NCBI RefSeq assembly: GCF_009914755.1 | Contig: NC_060925.1 | Source of the DNA: the human T2T-CHM13v2.0 reference genome, Homo sapiens | Strand: one strand, 5' to 3' | DNA length: 64,000 nt | In this document: positions 46,107 through 59,883 of the stretch, in pieces | Position numbering within the stretch: the stretch's first letter is position 1 | How the letters are laid out: each line of letters starts with the position of its first letter | Notes under the pieces: model-generated | The model's database searches: none | Told to the model about the DNA's origin: nothing | What the model saw: the letters and a program-made list of their open reading frames with translations, nothing else | Translations under genes and position numbers: made by a program

Positions 46107-46418
46107 TAAGTGCCCAGCCACTTCTGCTTGTCACCTTAGCACCCCCTCTCCACCGGCCCCACCAGCCAAGTGGGGTGATCTGGAGGGTGAGGAATAGATC
46201 ATGTCCCAATAGGGAAGCAGGGACCAAGGGGCAAGATGGCCAACTTTGGAGTCACCTGTGGACTGATACCCAGGTCTGCCTGCCACCTACAAGCTCTGTG
46301 ACCTTGGTCAAATCATAGCACCTCCCTCAGCCTCCGTTTTCTCACCTACAAACTGGGGGTTGGTAGGAAGGTTGAGGGAGATATAAAGGAAGCGGGTGCT
46401 TAGAAAATGCAAGCTGGC

Positions 46419-46778
<360 letters not shown>

Positions 46779-46967
46779 TCAAGTGCTCTTCCACCTCACA
46801 CCATAGTCGCTCCCTCCAGCTGTGGCTGCCTGCCCACTCCCCACTCCCCACTCCCCAGTACTCCTTGCTTTGCCATCTTCCTCCCGGGGAAGCCCAGGCA
46901 GCTCTCTACCAGGCACAGGACCCCTTCACCCGCATATTTCCCTAACACACGTGCTTCTCTCCCAAAG

Positions 46968-47076
46968 GGACATTCTCCGGGTTGGGGTCACTTTGGCTGG
47001 CCACCAGAAAAAAATCCTGAACAGTATCCAGGTGATGCGGGCGCAGATGAACCAGATTCAGTCTGTGGAGGTTTGA
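46968..47076 (+). CDS. EPHB2: EPHB2 last coding exon 16 (SAM end, PDZ-binding SVEV, TGA)
   Basis: cccaaag|G GAC: [35 protein letters not shown]. Confidence 0.97.
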
Positions 47077-47163
47077 CATTCACCTGCCTCGGCTCACCTC
47101 TTCCTCCAAGCCCCGCCCCCTCTGCCCCACGTGCCGGCCCTCCTGGTGCTCTATCCACTGCAG

Positions 47164-47376
47164 GGCCAGCCACTCGCCAGGAGGCCACGGGCCACGGGAA
47201 GAACCAAGCGGTGCCAGCCACGAGACGTCACCAAGAAAACATGCAACTCAAACGACGGAAAAAAAAAGGGAATGGGAAAAAAGAAAACAGATCCTGGGAG
47301 GGGGCGGGAAATACAAGGAATATTTTTTAAAGAGGATTCTCATAAGGAAAGCAATGACTGTTCTTGCGGGGGATAA
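47164..47376 (+). CDS. EPHB2: EPHB2 alternative C-terminal coding segment of the long isoform (70 aa)
   Basis: Donor GAG|gtttga at 47070/71 and acceptor ctgcag|GGC at 47163/64 join in frame to GQPLARRPRATGRTKRCQ...SNDCSCGG*; matches the long EPHB2 isoform tail as I recall it. Confidence 0.85.
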   Translation, partial: GQPLARRPRATGRTKRCQPRDVTKKTCNSNDGKKKGMGKKKTDPGRGREIQGIFFKEDSHKESNDCSCGG

Positions 47377-48811
47377 AAAAGGGCTTGGGAGATTCATGCG
47401 ATGTGTCCAATCGGAGACAAAAGCAGTTTCTCTCCAACTCCCTCTGGGAAGGTGACCTGGCCAGAGCCAAGAAACACTTTCAGAAAAACAAATGTGAAGG
47501 GGAGAGACAGGGGCCGCCCTTGGCTCCTGTCCCTGCTGCTCCTCTAGGCCTCACTCAACAACCAAGCGCCTGGAGGACGGGACAGATGGACAGACAGCCA
47601 CCCTGAGAACCCCTCTGGGAAAATCTATTCCTGCCACCACTGGGCAAACAGAAGAATTTTTCTGTCTTTGGAGAGTATTTTAGAAACTCCAATGAAAGAC
47701 ACTGTTTCTCCTGTTGGCTCACAGGGCTGAAAGGGGCTTTTGTCCTCCTGGGTCAGGGAGAACGCGGGGACCCCAGAAAGGTCAGCCTTCCTGAGGATGG
47801 GCAACCCCCAGGTCTGCAGCTCCAGGTACATATCACGCGCACAGCCTGGCAGCCTGGCCCTCCTGGTGCCCACTCCCGCCAGCCCCTGCCTCGAGGACTG
47901 ATACTGCAGTGACTGCCGTCAGCTCCGACTGCCGCTGAGAAGGGTTGATCCTGCATCTGGGTTTGTTTACAGCAATTCCTGGACTCGGGGGTATTTTGGT
48001 CACAGGGTGGTTTTGGTTTAGGGGGTTTGTTTGTTGGGTTGTTTTTTGTTTTTTGGTTTTTTTTAATGACAATGAAGTGACACTTTGACATTTCCTACCT
48101 TTTGAGGACTTGATCCTTCTCCAGGAAGAAGGTGCTTTCTGCTTACTGACTTAGGCAATACACCAAGGGCGAGATTTTATATGCACATTTCTGGATTTTT
48201 TTATACGGTTTTCATTGACACTCTTCCCTCCTCCCACCTGCCACCAGGCCTCACCAAAGCCCACTGCCATGGGGCCATCTGGGCCATTCAGAGACTGGAG
48301 TGAGATTTGGGTGTGGAGGGGGAGGCGCCAAGGTGGAGGAGCTTCCCACTCCAGGACTGTTGATGAAAGGGACAGATTGAGGAGGAAGTGGGCTCTGAGG
48401 CTGCAGGGCTGGAAGTCCTTGCCCACTTCCCACTCTCCTGCCCCAATCTATCTAGTACTTCCCAGGCAAATAGGCCCCTTTGAGGCTCCTGAGTGCCCTC
48501 AGATGGTCAAAACCCAGTTTTCCCTCTGGGAGCCTAAACCAGGCTGCATCGGAGGCCAGGACCCGGATCATTCACTGTGATACCCTGCCCTCCAGAGGGT
48601 GCGCTCAGAGACACGGGCAAGCATGCCTCTTCCCTTCCCTGGAGAGAAAGTGTGTGATTTCTCTCCCACCTCCTTCCCCCCACCAGACCTTTGCTGGGCC
48701 TAAAGGTCTTGGCCATGGGGACGCCCTCAGTCTAGGGATCTGGCCACAGACTCCCTCCTGTGAACCAACACAGACACCCAAGCAGAGCAATCAGTTAGTG
48801 AATTGAATGGA

Positions 48812-48817
48812 AATAAA
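48812..48817 (+). terminator. EPHB2: Proximal polyadenylation signal AATAAA
   Basis: ggaAATAAAcgc followed by U/GU-rich cctgttctctgt about 25 nt downstream. Confidence 0.8.
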
Positions 48818-51800
48818 CGCTTTAGTTATAATATGACCCCTGTTCTCTGTAAGTTCCAAGGGAGACCTTGGTACCCTTGGGATGCACGTGACCCAGGTGC
48901 TAAGGGTTGCTCTTCTAAGCAGCCCTTCCTCCCTCAGGCTTCCAGAAAGCCCAGGGCAGAGAAAACACATGGAGAACGACAGCTCCACGTGGCCTTTCTG
49001 GCCCTGGCTTGTCAAAAGCACAGGCAACAAAGGAAGTGAGTTGGAAGTGGCTCAGAACTCAGCCTTCGATGCCCTGGGAATCAGAGTGAGCCCCTGCAGG
49101 TACATAAGTAGCAGAGAATTGACGAGAGTGCACTCGGAAGAGGGTCTGAGTGTCAGGTGAGCTGTCATAGTGGGAACGTGAGGGTCTTAGAGTGCTCATG
49201 TACCCCCAGGCACAGCCAACTCTGGTTTTCTCTGTGCAAATGAGCTCTTGCTCACATTAAAATCAGAATTGTCCACGTGGCAGGAGGAGGCAGGGAGATG
49301 GATGTGCCATGGATATCGGGTCTGGCTGAGGAAGGGGAGCCAAGGAGACTACCTCTCGGGACCTTTCCCAGATCCGAGGAGATGGCCAGTGAGAAAGATT
49401 CGGGCCACAGGCAGCCAGCTAGAAGCGCCACGGTCAGAGTGAACATCCAGCACAGCACAGCCCATCGTCTGTCACTCACCTGTTCCGGGAGCCTGAGCTG
49501 CAAAGGGAAGGAAGGGATTAGAGAGAAGTGTGGGCCCCCCATGGGGACAGCAGGGCAAGCCACAGGGAAAGCATTGGCAGGTTTCCCACAAACTGGCCGG
49601 CAGTGGCCCACTGGCCTTCACTTTGTGCCCCAAAGGTGCCCCGCGCGGGTGGCAGCTGTCTCGGCACACAAGGTCACCTTCTGGTGGGAGCTGCCCTGAT
49701 GCTCTTTAGATTAGTTCTGTCTCCCCAGCCCACCCCCCAACTGTTCTGGGGCCCCACATGGGGCTGGCAGTCGGTGCTTCCCGTCAGATGGCTTCCTGTC
49801 CTAAGCCGCTGAGCTGGTGACCACTAGCCAGCATGTCTGCCCCTCCACCCTCCAGGGCCGAGGTCCTCAGTGGCCATGGCCCCCTGCAAACCTGCTTCCC
49901 AGAGCACAGGTGCTACCAGACCTCTGTGTCTCCACTTCAGGGTAACAAACAGATGTCACTGTGACTGTCCCAGGGGTACAGGCGCTGCTCACATCTCTTC
50001 CACCCCCACCCACCAACCCCACCCGCTACCGGGGCAGTCGCCCCGCCCCAACCTCTTGCTTGCTGCTCAGCGGGGAGTGGCAGGCCATGTTGCCAAGCGC
50101 CTTCCACTTACACCACCCGCTCACCCAGGCACACAGCTCTGAGCCACCCGCTGCCTGGTTACTAATCCTTTCCTGGCTCAACCTCCCCAAGTGCCAGCCC
50201 CCGCCTGCCCAGCAGTGTTAGGGGAGTTTCCGGCTGCTCTGCACACAGTTGGTACTGCAGGAAAGAAAGCTGCCTTGTAAACACAGGCCAGGGCACCGTG
50301 GAAATGGGGACCAGCTGCTCTGGGAGGGTGCAGCTAGCAGAGCTGTGCAGCGCCAGGCTGGGTAGGAGAGAGCCATGCTACCCACCCGCACCCCTACTGC
50401 TACGAAGCCCCCAGAATGGGTCATTGTTGGTGCTCAGCAGTCCTCTCCCTCGGGGATGATATCCAAAATATCAACTGCGAAGACTCGGGCAGACCAATCA
50501 GAATAGATGATGGCCTGAGTGCTGGACCAGAGGCCTCAGAGCAGGGACCCGGGTGGCGGGGCAGTAGGAGACACTTAAGGGACTCAGGGCTATGGCTGTT
50601 TACTAACCAGCAGTGCCTCTTACTCAGATGGCATCAGCTGAACTTTCCCCATCATTTCTAGTTGGTCCCCACCCTGCCACCATCTAGGGGCTTCTCTGCC
50701 ACCACCTTGTGAGCAGTTGCTAGCCTCACACTCCTCTCCCATCAGGGGCTCATCTCCAAAAGGCTGGGAGCTCCCGCCCTGCCCAGTTAATCCTCCTGCC
50801 TCACTGAAGCACAGGAAGGACCCAGGCCCCAGACCATCACCCACCCCAGGGCTGGGCCCTGGGCCACTCCTGGCTCACTCCAGGGCCCCTGTTGTTTGAA
50901 GATGGTACCAAAGGCTGGAAGACTCTTGCTAGGGAAGATAACGTAAATGCATTCAAAAGACAGGGTACCACATGATGCTAGGGAAAGTGCGTCATGACCG
51001 CAGGGTAGCAGCCTGCTCCTGTCACTAGGGATGTGAATCTGGGGAGACACTTCCCCTCACTGAGCCATCTGTAAAATGAGAGCATTGGACTGGGTGAGGC
51101 AGGCTGTGCAAAACACTTATACACCTTAGTCCCATGAGGAAGGAGTATTCCCCCTGCATATTTTGGGGGGAAACTGAGGCTCAGGGGGATGAAGTACTTT
51201 GCTCAGGGTAACACAGCCAGGAAGGAGCAGAGCAAGGCCATGAGCTTTGGATTTTTCTGTTTCCAATGTCTCCTCTACCGTGCTCAATTAGATGATGAGA
51301 AACAGTTGGTGTCTGATGCTGGCCAATAAGAGAAAAGAAAGCTCAAGTGGGCTGGGGCTGTCAGGGAGGGCTTCATGGAGAGGCTGTCTTGAAAATGACA
51401 GAGGTCAAAAGAAAGGTCACTCCAAGACGCAGCTGCCAGAATGGTCCAACACAGTGAGGAGTTGTGTCTGGATGGGCCAGTGGAACGGGGGAAGTGAAGG
51501 TTGATATAAGTGGAGGTTGAGGCAGTTTAGGCGTGATGTACAGTCCAGCCACAGCAGGTTCTTGAGCAGGAGGGTAGCATAGTGAGCATCAGGTTCTAGG
51601 AAGAAGCACCAGTTCAGCCATCAGATGGGGCAGGATGCCTCCCAGCTACTCCTCTCCCCGAGAAGGAATTGCCCCCGGAGTGGCCCTCATTTATTCCAGG
51701 AGAAGCCAGGCCCTGCTGCTTCAGTTTCCATCCTCACTGACGCAGATAATCCAAAGAGTCACTTCAGCTGCTTGGAACAGCAGGGTTGGGTCTTGTGCTA

Positions 51801-52479
51801 CCTGATTCTTAATTTGGCTGATGTCTACCCCATTTCCTCCAGGCTTCTCTAGAGGTGGCAGGGGTGGGGTGGGGAGAAAGCTGCCAGACACCAAAGGAGC
51901 TGAGCCTGGCGGGGGCGGGCGTGCGGGTGGGCATGAGAAATTGCTCAGGAAACCCATCCCTGCCCTGGTCACCCTAGTCCTGGAGAGATCACCCAGACAT
52001 GTTGGAATGAGTCTGGGGTCCTGTCTTTTCCAATAATGTGTTATCCTGGGGAAACCCAGAGGGAAGTTGAGGGAGCCCCACTGTGCTGTGTGATGCTACA
52101 TACGCATGCGAATACACCACCGGGTGGCCTTGACCCAGCCTTCTGCAAAATGGCTTCTGCCATCAAACTTAAGGTGGAGAATGGTCTTGCAGCTGCCAGT
52201 TTTTCCTTCAGAGAAACTAAGGTCAGAGTGTTGGCTGCAGAAAAGGACTTGGCCTTTGTCACATAACAGGAAAGAGAGTCAACTCCGGGCACACCCCCTC
52301 GGAGGCTAATCTCAGGAGGTTGGAACCACAGGGATTGCAATAATCGCTGAATACTTACCATATGCCAGGTGCCAAAGCATTATCCTCTCCACTTTATGAG
52401 TGAGGAAACTGATTCCCAGAGGTGATTCCCAGAAGATTCCAACCAGGCCATCTGTCTGTAGTCCTTCCTTCCCACCTCC

Positions 52480-52665
52480 TGGGATTTCTCAAAATGTTTG
52501 CCATCGCCCACCTGTATCAGAATCTCCTGGGCTATTTATTGTTTAACTTGCAGACTCCTGGGCGCCACCCCAACCCCCTAAATCAGAATCCCTGGGGTTG
52601 GGCCCAAGAGTCTCCATTTTTTGACAAGCTCCTCCAGGAGATTCCTCCAGACATGGAAATCCTCA
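52480..52665. mobile_element. MER5-like MITE in the extended 3' UTR
   Basis: atcagaatctcctggg...tgcagactcctgggcgccacccc...aatcagaatccctgggg. Confidence 0.65.
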
Positions 52666-54982
52666 CTTGACTCTTCCCCCATAACAAACTGCCCTGATGT
52701 CTGCAGAGAGAGGGTCTGCTGTAGACAGGGATTAAGAAAAAGCAGGACATTTTCAGATAGGATGCCCAAACCCAGACGCAGATTAGGACCCATGAAGTAG
52801 GGGGTAGAGCTGACCCTCAGGAATGTGCCCAGACAGAGCTAAGCTTTCAGGAAAATTAGAAAGACCCTCAGACCCAGAGTCTGTCTGAGTTTAGCTTCGC
52901 AGCATGAAGGCTGCCTTGAGAAAGCTGATATAACAAGAAGCAGCAGAAATTTAATACTTTGGAGGGGCCCAGCAACCCACTCAGGGCCACCCTGGGAGAC
53001 CCCACAGACCCCAAGGCTATGGTCCAGACCTGTTCACTCAACACCTGGCCAGGCGGGGCCTCCAGCTGGACCTAGAGCTACAGATGCCCCACCACCACTA
53101 CCAAGCCCGGCTACCCAGACCAAGACACGGCTTTTCCTGGAGGAGAGAGAGAGCAAAGGCCCTGTCTCTACCCAAGACCTAACGGCCCCTGTTGAAGGAG
53201 AGGGAGCAGGAGAGGGAGGAGGGAGGAGGTCACAGCCAGGACCACATACACTCTTGGGGGCCCTGCTGAGACTGCAAGAGTCATGAATTCTAACGTTCCA
53301 CAGGTGAAAGATTCCAAGATTCTAGGATTGCAAAACCCCATCATTCTAAGATTCCAATGGAATGATTCCATGTTTCTAAGATTCCATCACACTATGATTC
53401 TATGCTGCTAATTCTTGAAATTTCGAGTCTCATTGTTCGTTGCTGTTCCCCAGACCTGTGGGCCCTAGCATTTTTTTAAAAGCACAAAAAAAAAAGAGCA
53501 AGAAAGAGAGAAAGAGATGGGGAGGGAGACAGCTGAAAACAGATACTAAGAAAAGCTCCATCCCTTGGATCTGAGTTACAGATGCACCTTGGCAAGGGCC
53601 AAAGACCCTCCTTTTGAGTGGGGTGCAGAACGTCTTTCCCTGGTAGAGTGGCAGAATTGCATGCATCAGGCCTTCCTGGGGGTAAAAGGGGCTGGCTGTT
53701 CCAGGCTACAGCTGAGTAAAGCCCCACACAGGCCACAGTGCCCACTGGCTGGTGGACCTAGGAACCAAGCAGGGCCCCACTGGCTCAGTCTGGGGAGGGA
53801 CTCATCTGGGGTGGAATTTCCCTCCCTGCAGCAAGGAAGCTGCAGGGCCAGGAATTTGCCTTGGGAGACCCCCACTGAGGAATATTTCCGAAGCAGAACC
53901 CCTTCCTATTCAGAGCCAGAGTCTTAACACTGGACAACCACAGGGTGTTGCTGCAAACTCCAGAGCCAGGTGCCTTCCCTCTGACATTTGGGACATAGCT
54001 TCCATGGCCACACAGCCTTCGCCCCCTTCCAAGACCCCCCTTGACCTTTCTAATCTTAGTCACTGCCTTCCAGAGCTGGGAGGCCACACGGCAGAGGTGC
54101 CTGTGAATCACTCCGTCATCAGCCTGGCCGCTTTCCCCTCTGTGGAGAGGGACTCTGATGGGCAGGGGGCACCAAGTTGAGCCTCTGAGGCTGGCCCAGC
54201 ATAGGCCAGGCAGGGACATTCACTCACAACCAGCCTTTTTGGACTCTAGAGAAGAGTAATTACCACTTGGTCATGCCCAGCCCCCAAATCATAATCATAG
54301 CTGCTATTTCTTGAGTGCCAGCAATGTGCCAGGCACCGTGCCCAACTTTTTATACACAATGTCTTGCCTAATCCTCACACCTCTGTGAGACAGGTACAAT
54401 TATTACTACCATTCCACAGACTAGCAAACTCAGAGACGTGACATGGTGGCTCTCCCAGGTCACACAGCCAGTAAGTGGCCTCTGACCCCAGTACCCCCCA
54501 CTTAATCACCATGCTATGCTGCTACCAGTGGTACACACTCAGCCCCTCTCCACTGTCAGATCCTTTGCCAGTCAAATCCCAGATCCCCGGGGGGGCACTG
54601 TGGCACCCTCTTTGAGCGTGGCCTCCCTGGAGCTGCTGTCAGAGCCATGGGCTGTGGGAGTGAGTGTGCACACTCCTTCTCCTGAAGTGTCTGCCCCAGC
54701 CTGAGCTATGCAGACCGGAGCTCTCAACCAGGGTATGGGGCTGTCTGGCAGGGTTTCCCAGAACCCTGTTTCCTGTGGTCATAAATATGGGTTTTCCTGA
54801 CAATGTTGGGAGGTCAGGGACTGATACAGCTGGGGTTCCAACCGCCGTGGGTCAGACCTGGCTCCTCCGGACCCCACTGCTGTGACCAAGGAAATCTCAC
54901 CAGCTGTGTCCAAGATCAACCCTGACCCTGTTACTCCAATGCCTTTGTAGGAGTATTTTTAGCAGAACCGTTTTTTTCCCAA

Positions 54983-54988
54983 AATAAA
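54983..54988 (+). terminator. EPHB2: Distal polyadenylation signal AATAAA
   Basis: U-rich upstream, TGTA upstream (54946), downstream tatttatttttcctct element. Confidence 0.75.
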
Positions 54989-55536
54989 TGTGAATTGTAA
55001 AAATTATCACTTGGACTCAGTATTTATTTTTCCTCTGAGGTTCCCCAGAGAACAAGTAGGAGCTCTCAGAGGCCCTGGGCAGGGTTCTGAAGTATGACTA
55101 GGAGTTTTCCAGGGCTAAGAATGGAGCTAGGCTAGGGCTGGGCCTGGAGCTGGAGTTGGGGTGCGGATTTGGCCTGGGCTAGGGTGGAGTGTTGACATAA
55201 AGCAGCTTTTAAGTGTTCTAAGAACACTCCGTTGTGTTTTAACAGTTTCAGCTCTGCTGTCAGGGGCTTAGAGTTCATATCCCAACTCTGCCATTTGTTA
55301 GCTGCCTTGCAGAGGTCACATAACTGTGCTGAGCTTCATTTTCATGTCTGTAAAACAAGGGCAATTGTTTCTAACTCCTAGAGTGTGGGTGAGGAGTCAG
55401 TGAGATAGAGCATGGAAAGCCTTGGCACTCACAGACATGAGCTATTATTATTGTGCTGAGCAGGAGGCCCGCGACGGCAGGGCCAATGTCTATCATACAC
55501 TTTTGCTGTGTTCTTTGCAACCAAGACGATGCCTGC

Positions 55537-55962
55537 TGAACTAGTTCATTCTCACATTGCTATAAAGAAATACCCAAAACTAGGTAATTTATAAAGAAAA
55601 GAGGCTTAATTGGCTCACGGTTCTGCAAGGCTGTACGGGAAGCATGATTCTCGCGTCTGCTGGGCTCCTGGGAAGGCCTCAGGAAACTTACAATCATGAT
55701 GGAAGGCAAAGGGGGAGCACACATGTCACCTGGTGGAAGCAGGGGCAAGAGAGAGAGGGAGGAGGTGCCACACTCTTTTAAACAACCAGATCTCACCATA
55801 ACTCACTCACCATCACGATAACAGCATGGTGGGGATGGTGCTAACCCATTCATGAGAACTCTGCCCCCATGACCCAATCACCTCCTACCAGGCCTCACCT
55901 CCAACAATGGGAATTACAATTCGCCATGAGATTTGGTGGGGACACAGATCCAAACCATATCA
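55537..55962 (-). mobile_element. MSTA/MSTB solo LTR
   Basis: ttctcacattgctataaagaaatacc...gatccaaaccatatca; TSD cctgc/cttgc. Confidence 0.9.
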
Positions 55963-56436
55963 CTTGCCTCATGCTAGACACTCAATACATATTTGTCAAG
56001 TAGATATCAGAGACATTCAGTGAGGGTTCCATGGTCAAATACATTTGGCAAATTCTGGGGTAAGGCAAGTTAATCAGATTTCTTTGTCCCAGGATATTGC
56101 AGAGTCTTAAATATGGTAAAAGTGCAATGTGAATCTCTAAGAAGGTGTTACCATTTGCAGGCTTTCCCTCTGGGAGAGCATCTCATGGGACCAGTGTCCC
56201 TGGGAACACACTTGGGTAATGCTCTGGGAGTTGCAGGTTGATCTGGAGCTAGGGGTTAAAGTTAGCCTGGAAAACACCATGGCATAGAGCCCAGAAAGGG
56301 ATGGGAACCAGGAGGCTGTCCTCTGATTCACCATAATTGTAAGTTTCCTGAGGCCTTCCCAGGGGCCAAGCAGATGCCAGAACCATGCTTCCTGTACAGC
56401 CTTGCAGAATTGTGAGCTATGAGTGAATCATAACTC

Positions 56437-56468
56437 ACTCATTCATTCATTCATTCATTCATTCATTC
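56437..56468. repeat. (ATTC)n at an antisense L2 3' end
   Basis: Direct reading. Confidence 0.85.
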
Positions 56469-56938
56469 AAGAAGTACTTACTGAATTCCTACTGCACAAA
56501 AGTACTGCATTAGATGCCGTGGGGGAAACAAATGACTCCTGCCCCCAAGAGCTTATCAGGGCATTTGGGCCACTTCACTGCCCATGAATCAGGCACCCAT
56601 GGAAAGCCAAGCACTAGGCTGGTGCTGGGAGCGCTGCAGTGAATGAGACCCATGCCTGCCCTCGTGGAAGTGCTCAGTCAGTGGAAGAGACCAGCAGGTA
56701 CATGGGTCACTACAACGCAGGTGATGTGCATGGCATTCAAGGTGTCGACAGCTTCCGGGAAGGGAGCAACTAACCCTGAAGGACACCCCTTTGAGGAGCT
56801 GAGCAGGGTTCCAGAGCATGACTGGGAGCTCTCCAGGAAGCTGAGAGAGGATGGAGATGAGTATTCCAGGTCGAGGGAATGGCAGATGCAAAGGTATGAA
56901 GTCAAACACTGACGTAATATCTTTTGTGAATTTCTACG

Positions 56939-57347
56939 TGCTATGGTCTGAATGTCCGCAAAAATTCCTGTGTTGAGACATAATCACAAATGCAATAGTA
57001 TTTAGTGGGGACCTTTAGGAGGTGATTGAACCATGAGGGCAGAGCCCTGGTGAAGGGGATTGAGGCCCTCTGAAAAGAGGCTTCACATCTTGGTCAGCTT
57101 GCTTGTTCTGCTCTTCTGCCACATGAGGACACAGAGTTTGTCCCCTTTGGCCCTTCCATCCCTTCCACCAAGTGAAGACACAGAGAAGGCACCGTCTATA
57201 AGGAGCAGGCCCTCATCAGACACTGAGCCTGTTGGTGCCTTGATCTTGGACTTCCCAGCCTCCAGAACTGTGAGAAATCAATTTCTGCTGTTTACAAGTT
57301 ACCCGGTCTTGGGTATTTTGTCATAGCAGCAGAAACAGACTAAGACA
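56939..57347 (+). mobile_element. MSTD/MLT1A-like solo LTR
   Basis: tgctatggtctgaatgt...cttggacttcccagcctccagaactgtgagaaat...gactaagaca; TSD ctacg/ctatg. Confidence 0.88.
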
Positions 57348-58194
57348 CTATGTAAGTAACACTGGCACAGAAGTGATTGCTAGATCAAACGTAATATATG
57401 ACCCCTTATGGCTGTTCATAAAGCAGGCTGGCAATGCCACCAGATCCCTTAAGGAGGACAGTCTGTGACAGCTCATGGTGAGGTCAGCTGGTTCAGGCAC
57501 CACACACAGGCACACAGCACGGGTGGCTCAGCTTGCAAATTCCAGGCCTTCCTTAGGTGTCCTGGGGCCTCTGACCCATCACCCAAGATGACTTCTGTCT
57601 CCCAGCCTGGTTCCTCTGAGAAGCCTGGATCCCCTTTCTATTTCCACCTGCCCCAGTTCCTGGACCAAACTGGGCTTTCCTTAGACTCTCCTTCCCATTC
57701 TGAGATCCAGTACAATCTCACAGGGGTCTACTCCCTGCTCAGGGACCCTGACCCAGGTCCCCAACTCCCAGCTCTCTCATCTAACCCTTATTGGCTCCTC
57801 TCAACCTTCTTCTCACCCTTCTCTCTCACCCCTGGGACAGCTGAGACCAATCTTTGCCCCTCCAGGCTCCAAATGGGCATCCACAAGTTCAGTCATTTCT
57901 CAGACACAGGGGCATCATGGCTGCCACAACAAAATGTCATCAAGGAGAAAAAGAGAAACAAGGGAGGGGCTGTTTCCCATAGTGTCTCACTGGGTTTGGA
58001 GTCATGGCTATGGAGACCCCACCCCCACCCCCATGGGACTATAGAAATGCTCTGCCCCTCCCCACCGCCCCGCCCCCCTCCACTCCTCCACCAAACCCAT
58101 CAGATCAAAGTGTCTGCCTGGATCAGCCCTGCCCCAGAAACCCTGATGACACAGTGCAGGGGACCCTGGAGCCACCAGCACCCCCTACCCTCTA

Positions 58195-58693
<499 letters not shown>

Positions 58694-59099
58694 TCACACA
58701 CATCCATAAACACCCACTTTCAGCCAGAGGCACTGCACATTTACACACACTCATTTGTAAGCAACTCCTACGGTGCACACAGTCATGTTGTCAGCTGCAC
58801 ACAGACACACATTCACACACAAAGCCGTGACATCCCTCCCGCCCCACATCCGCGTGTACACACAGGCACACAGATGCAGGCTCATGCTCAAACTCAGCCC
58901 CGCACTCTGCTCGCATCACATGTACACATACTCAGCCTCTGTCATCACAACAGAGAACATTCTCCAACACTACTCCACATCAGGCACCGTTCTGAGTGTT
59001 TTCCCTGTATCATCCTGCTTAATCCTCTAAACTCGTGCTTTTCAAATTATTTGTGGTGGAAGACTAGATTTGTTTTTCCTTTTTTATTTAACATTTTTT

Positions 59100-59262
59100 A
59101 TTATTTTTAGAGATGACATCTCACACTGTCGCCCAGGATGGTGTGCAGTGGCATCATCATAGCTCACTGTAGCCTCGAGATCCAGGCTCAAGTGATCCTC
59201 ACCACCTCAGCCTCTCGAGGAGCTGGGACTACAGGTGTACCCCACCATGCCCAGCTTTTTTT
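59100..59262 (-). mobile_element. Alu right-arm monomer (FRAM/AluJ)
   Basis: Single arm, antisense. Confidence 0.85.
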
Positions 59263-59462
59263 TCCCCCAACCTGTTGAGGATCCACTAGGTGGTATGACT
59301 GTGAAATCAACACCCAAACTTGTCCAACACCCAAACCCTGTTCCACAAGGCCAGAGTCCACCAGTCACATGTTTGGATGCCCTGGCAATGTCAGGATGTC
59401 ACACTAGGTTCTAAAATGTCTGTACCTATCTTGTGTCGTACACGGGTAACAAATAGTTCTAG

Positions 59463-59883
<421 letters not shown>

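Larger units (their letters stand above)
47077..55010 (+). other. EPHB2: EPHB2 3' UTR (short form to about 48835, extended form to about 55005)
   Basis: Follows the TGA; Alu-free; bounded by two AATAAA signals. Confidence 0.75.

Noticed and set aside
47073-47330. 85-aa ORF overlapping the stop codon
   Set aside because: TTG start in a different frame from the supported long-isoform tail; no evidence
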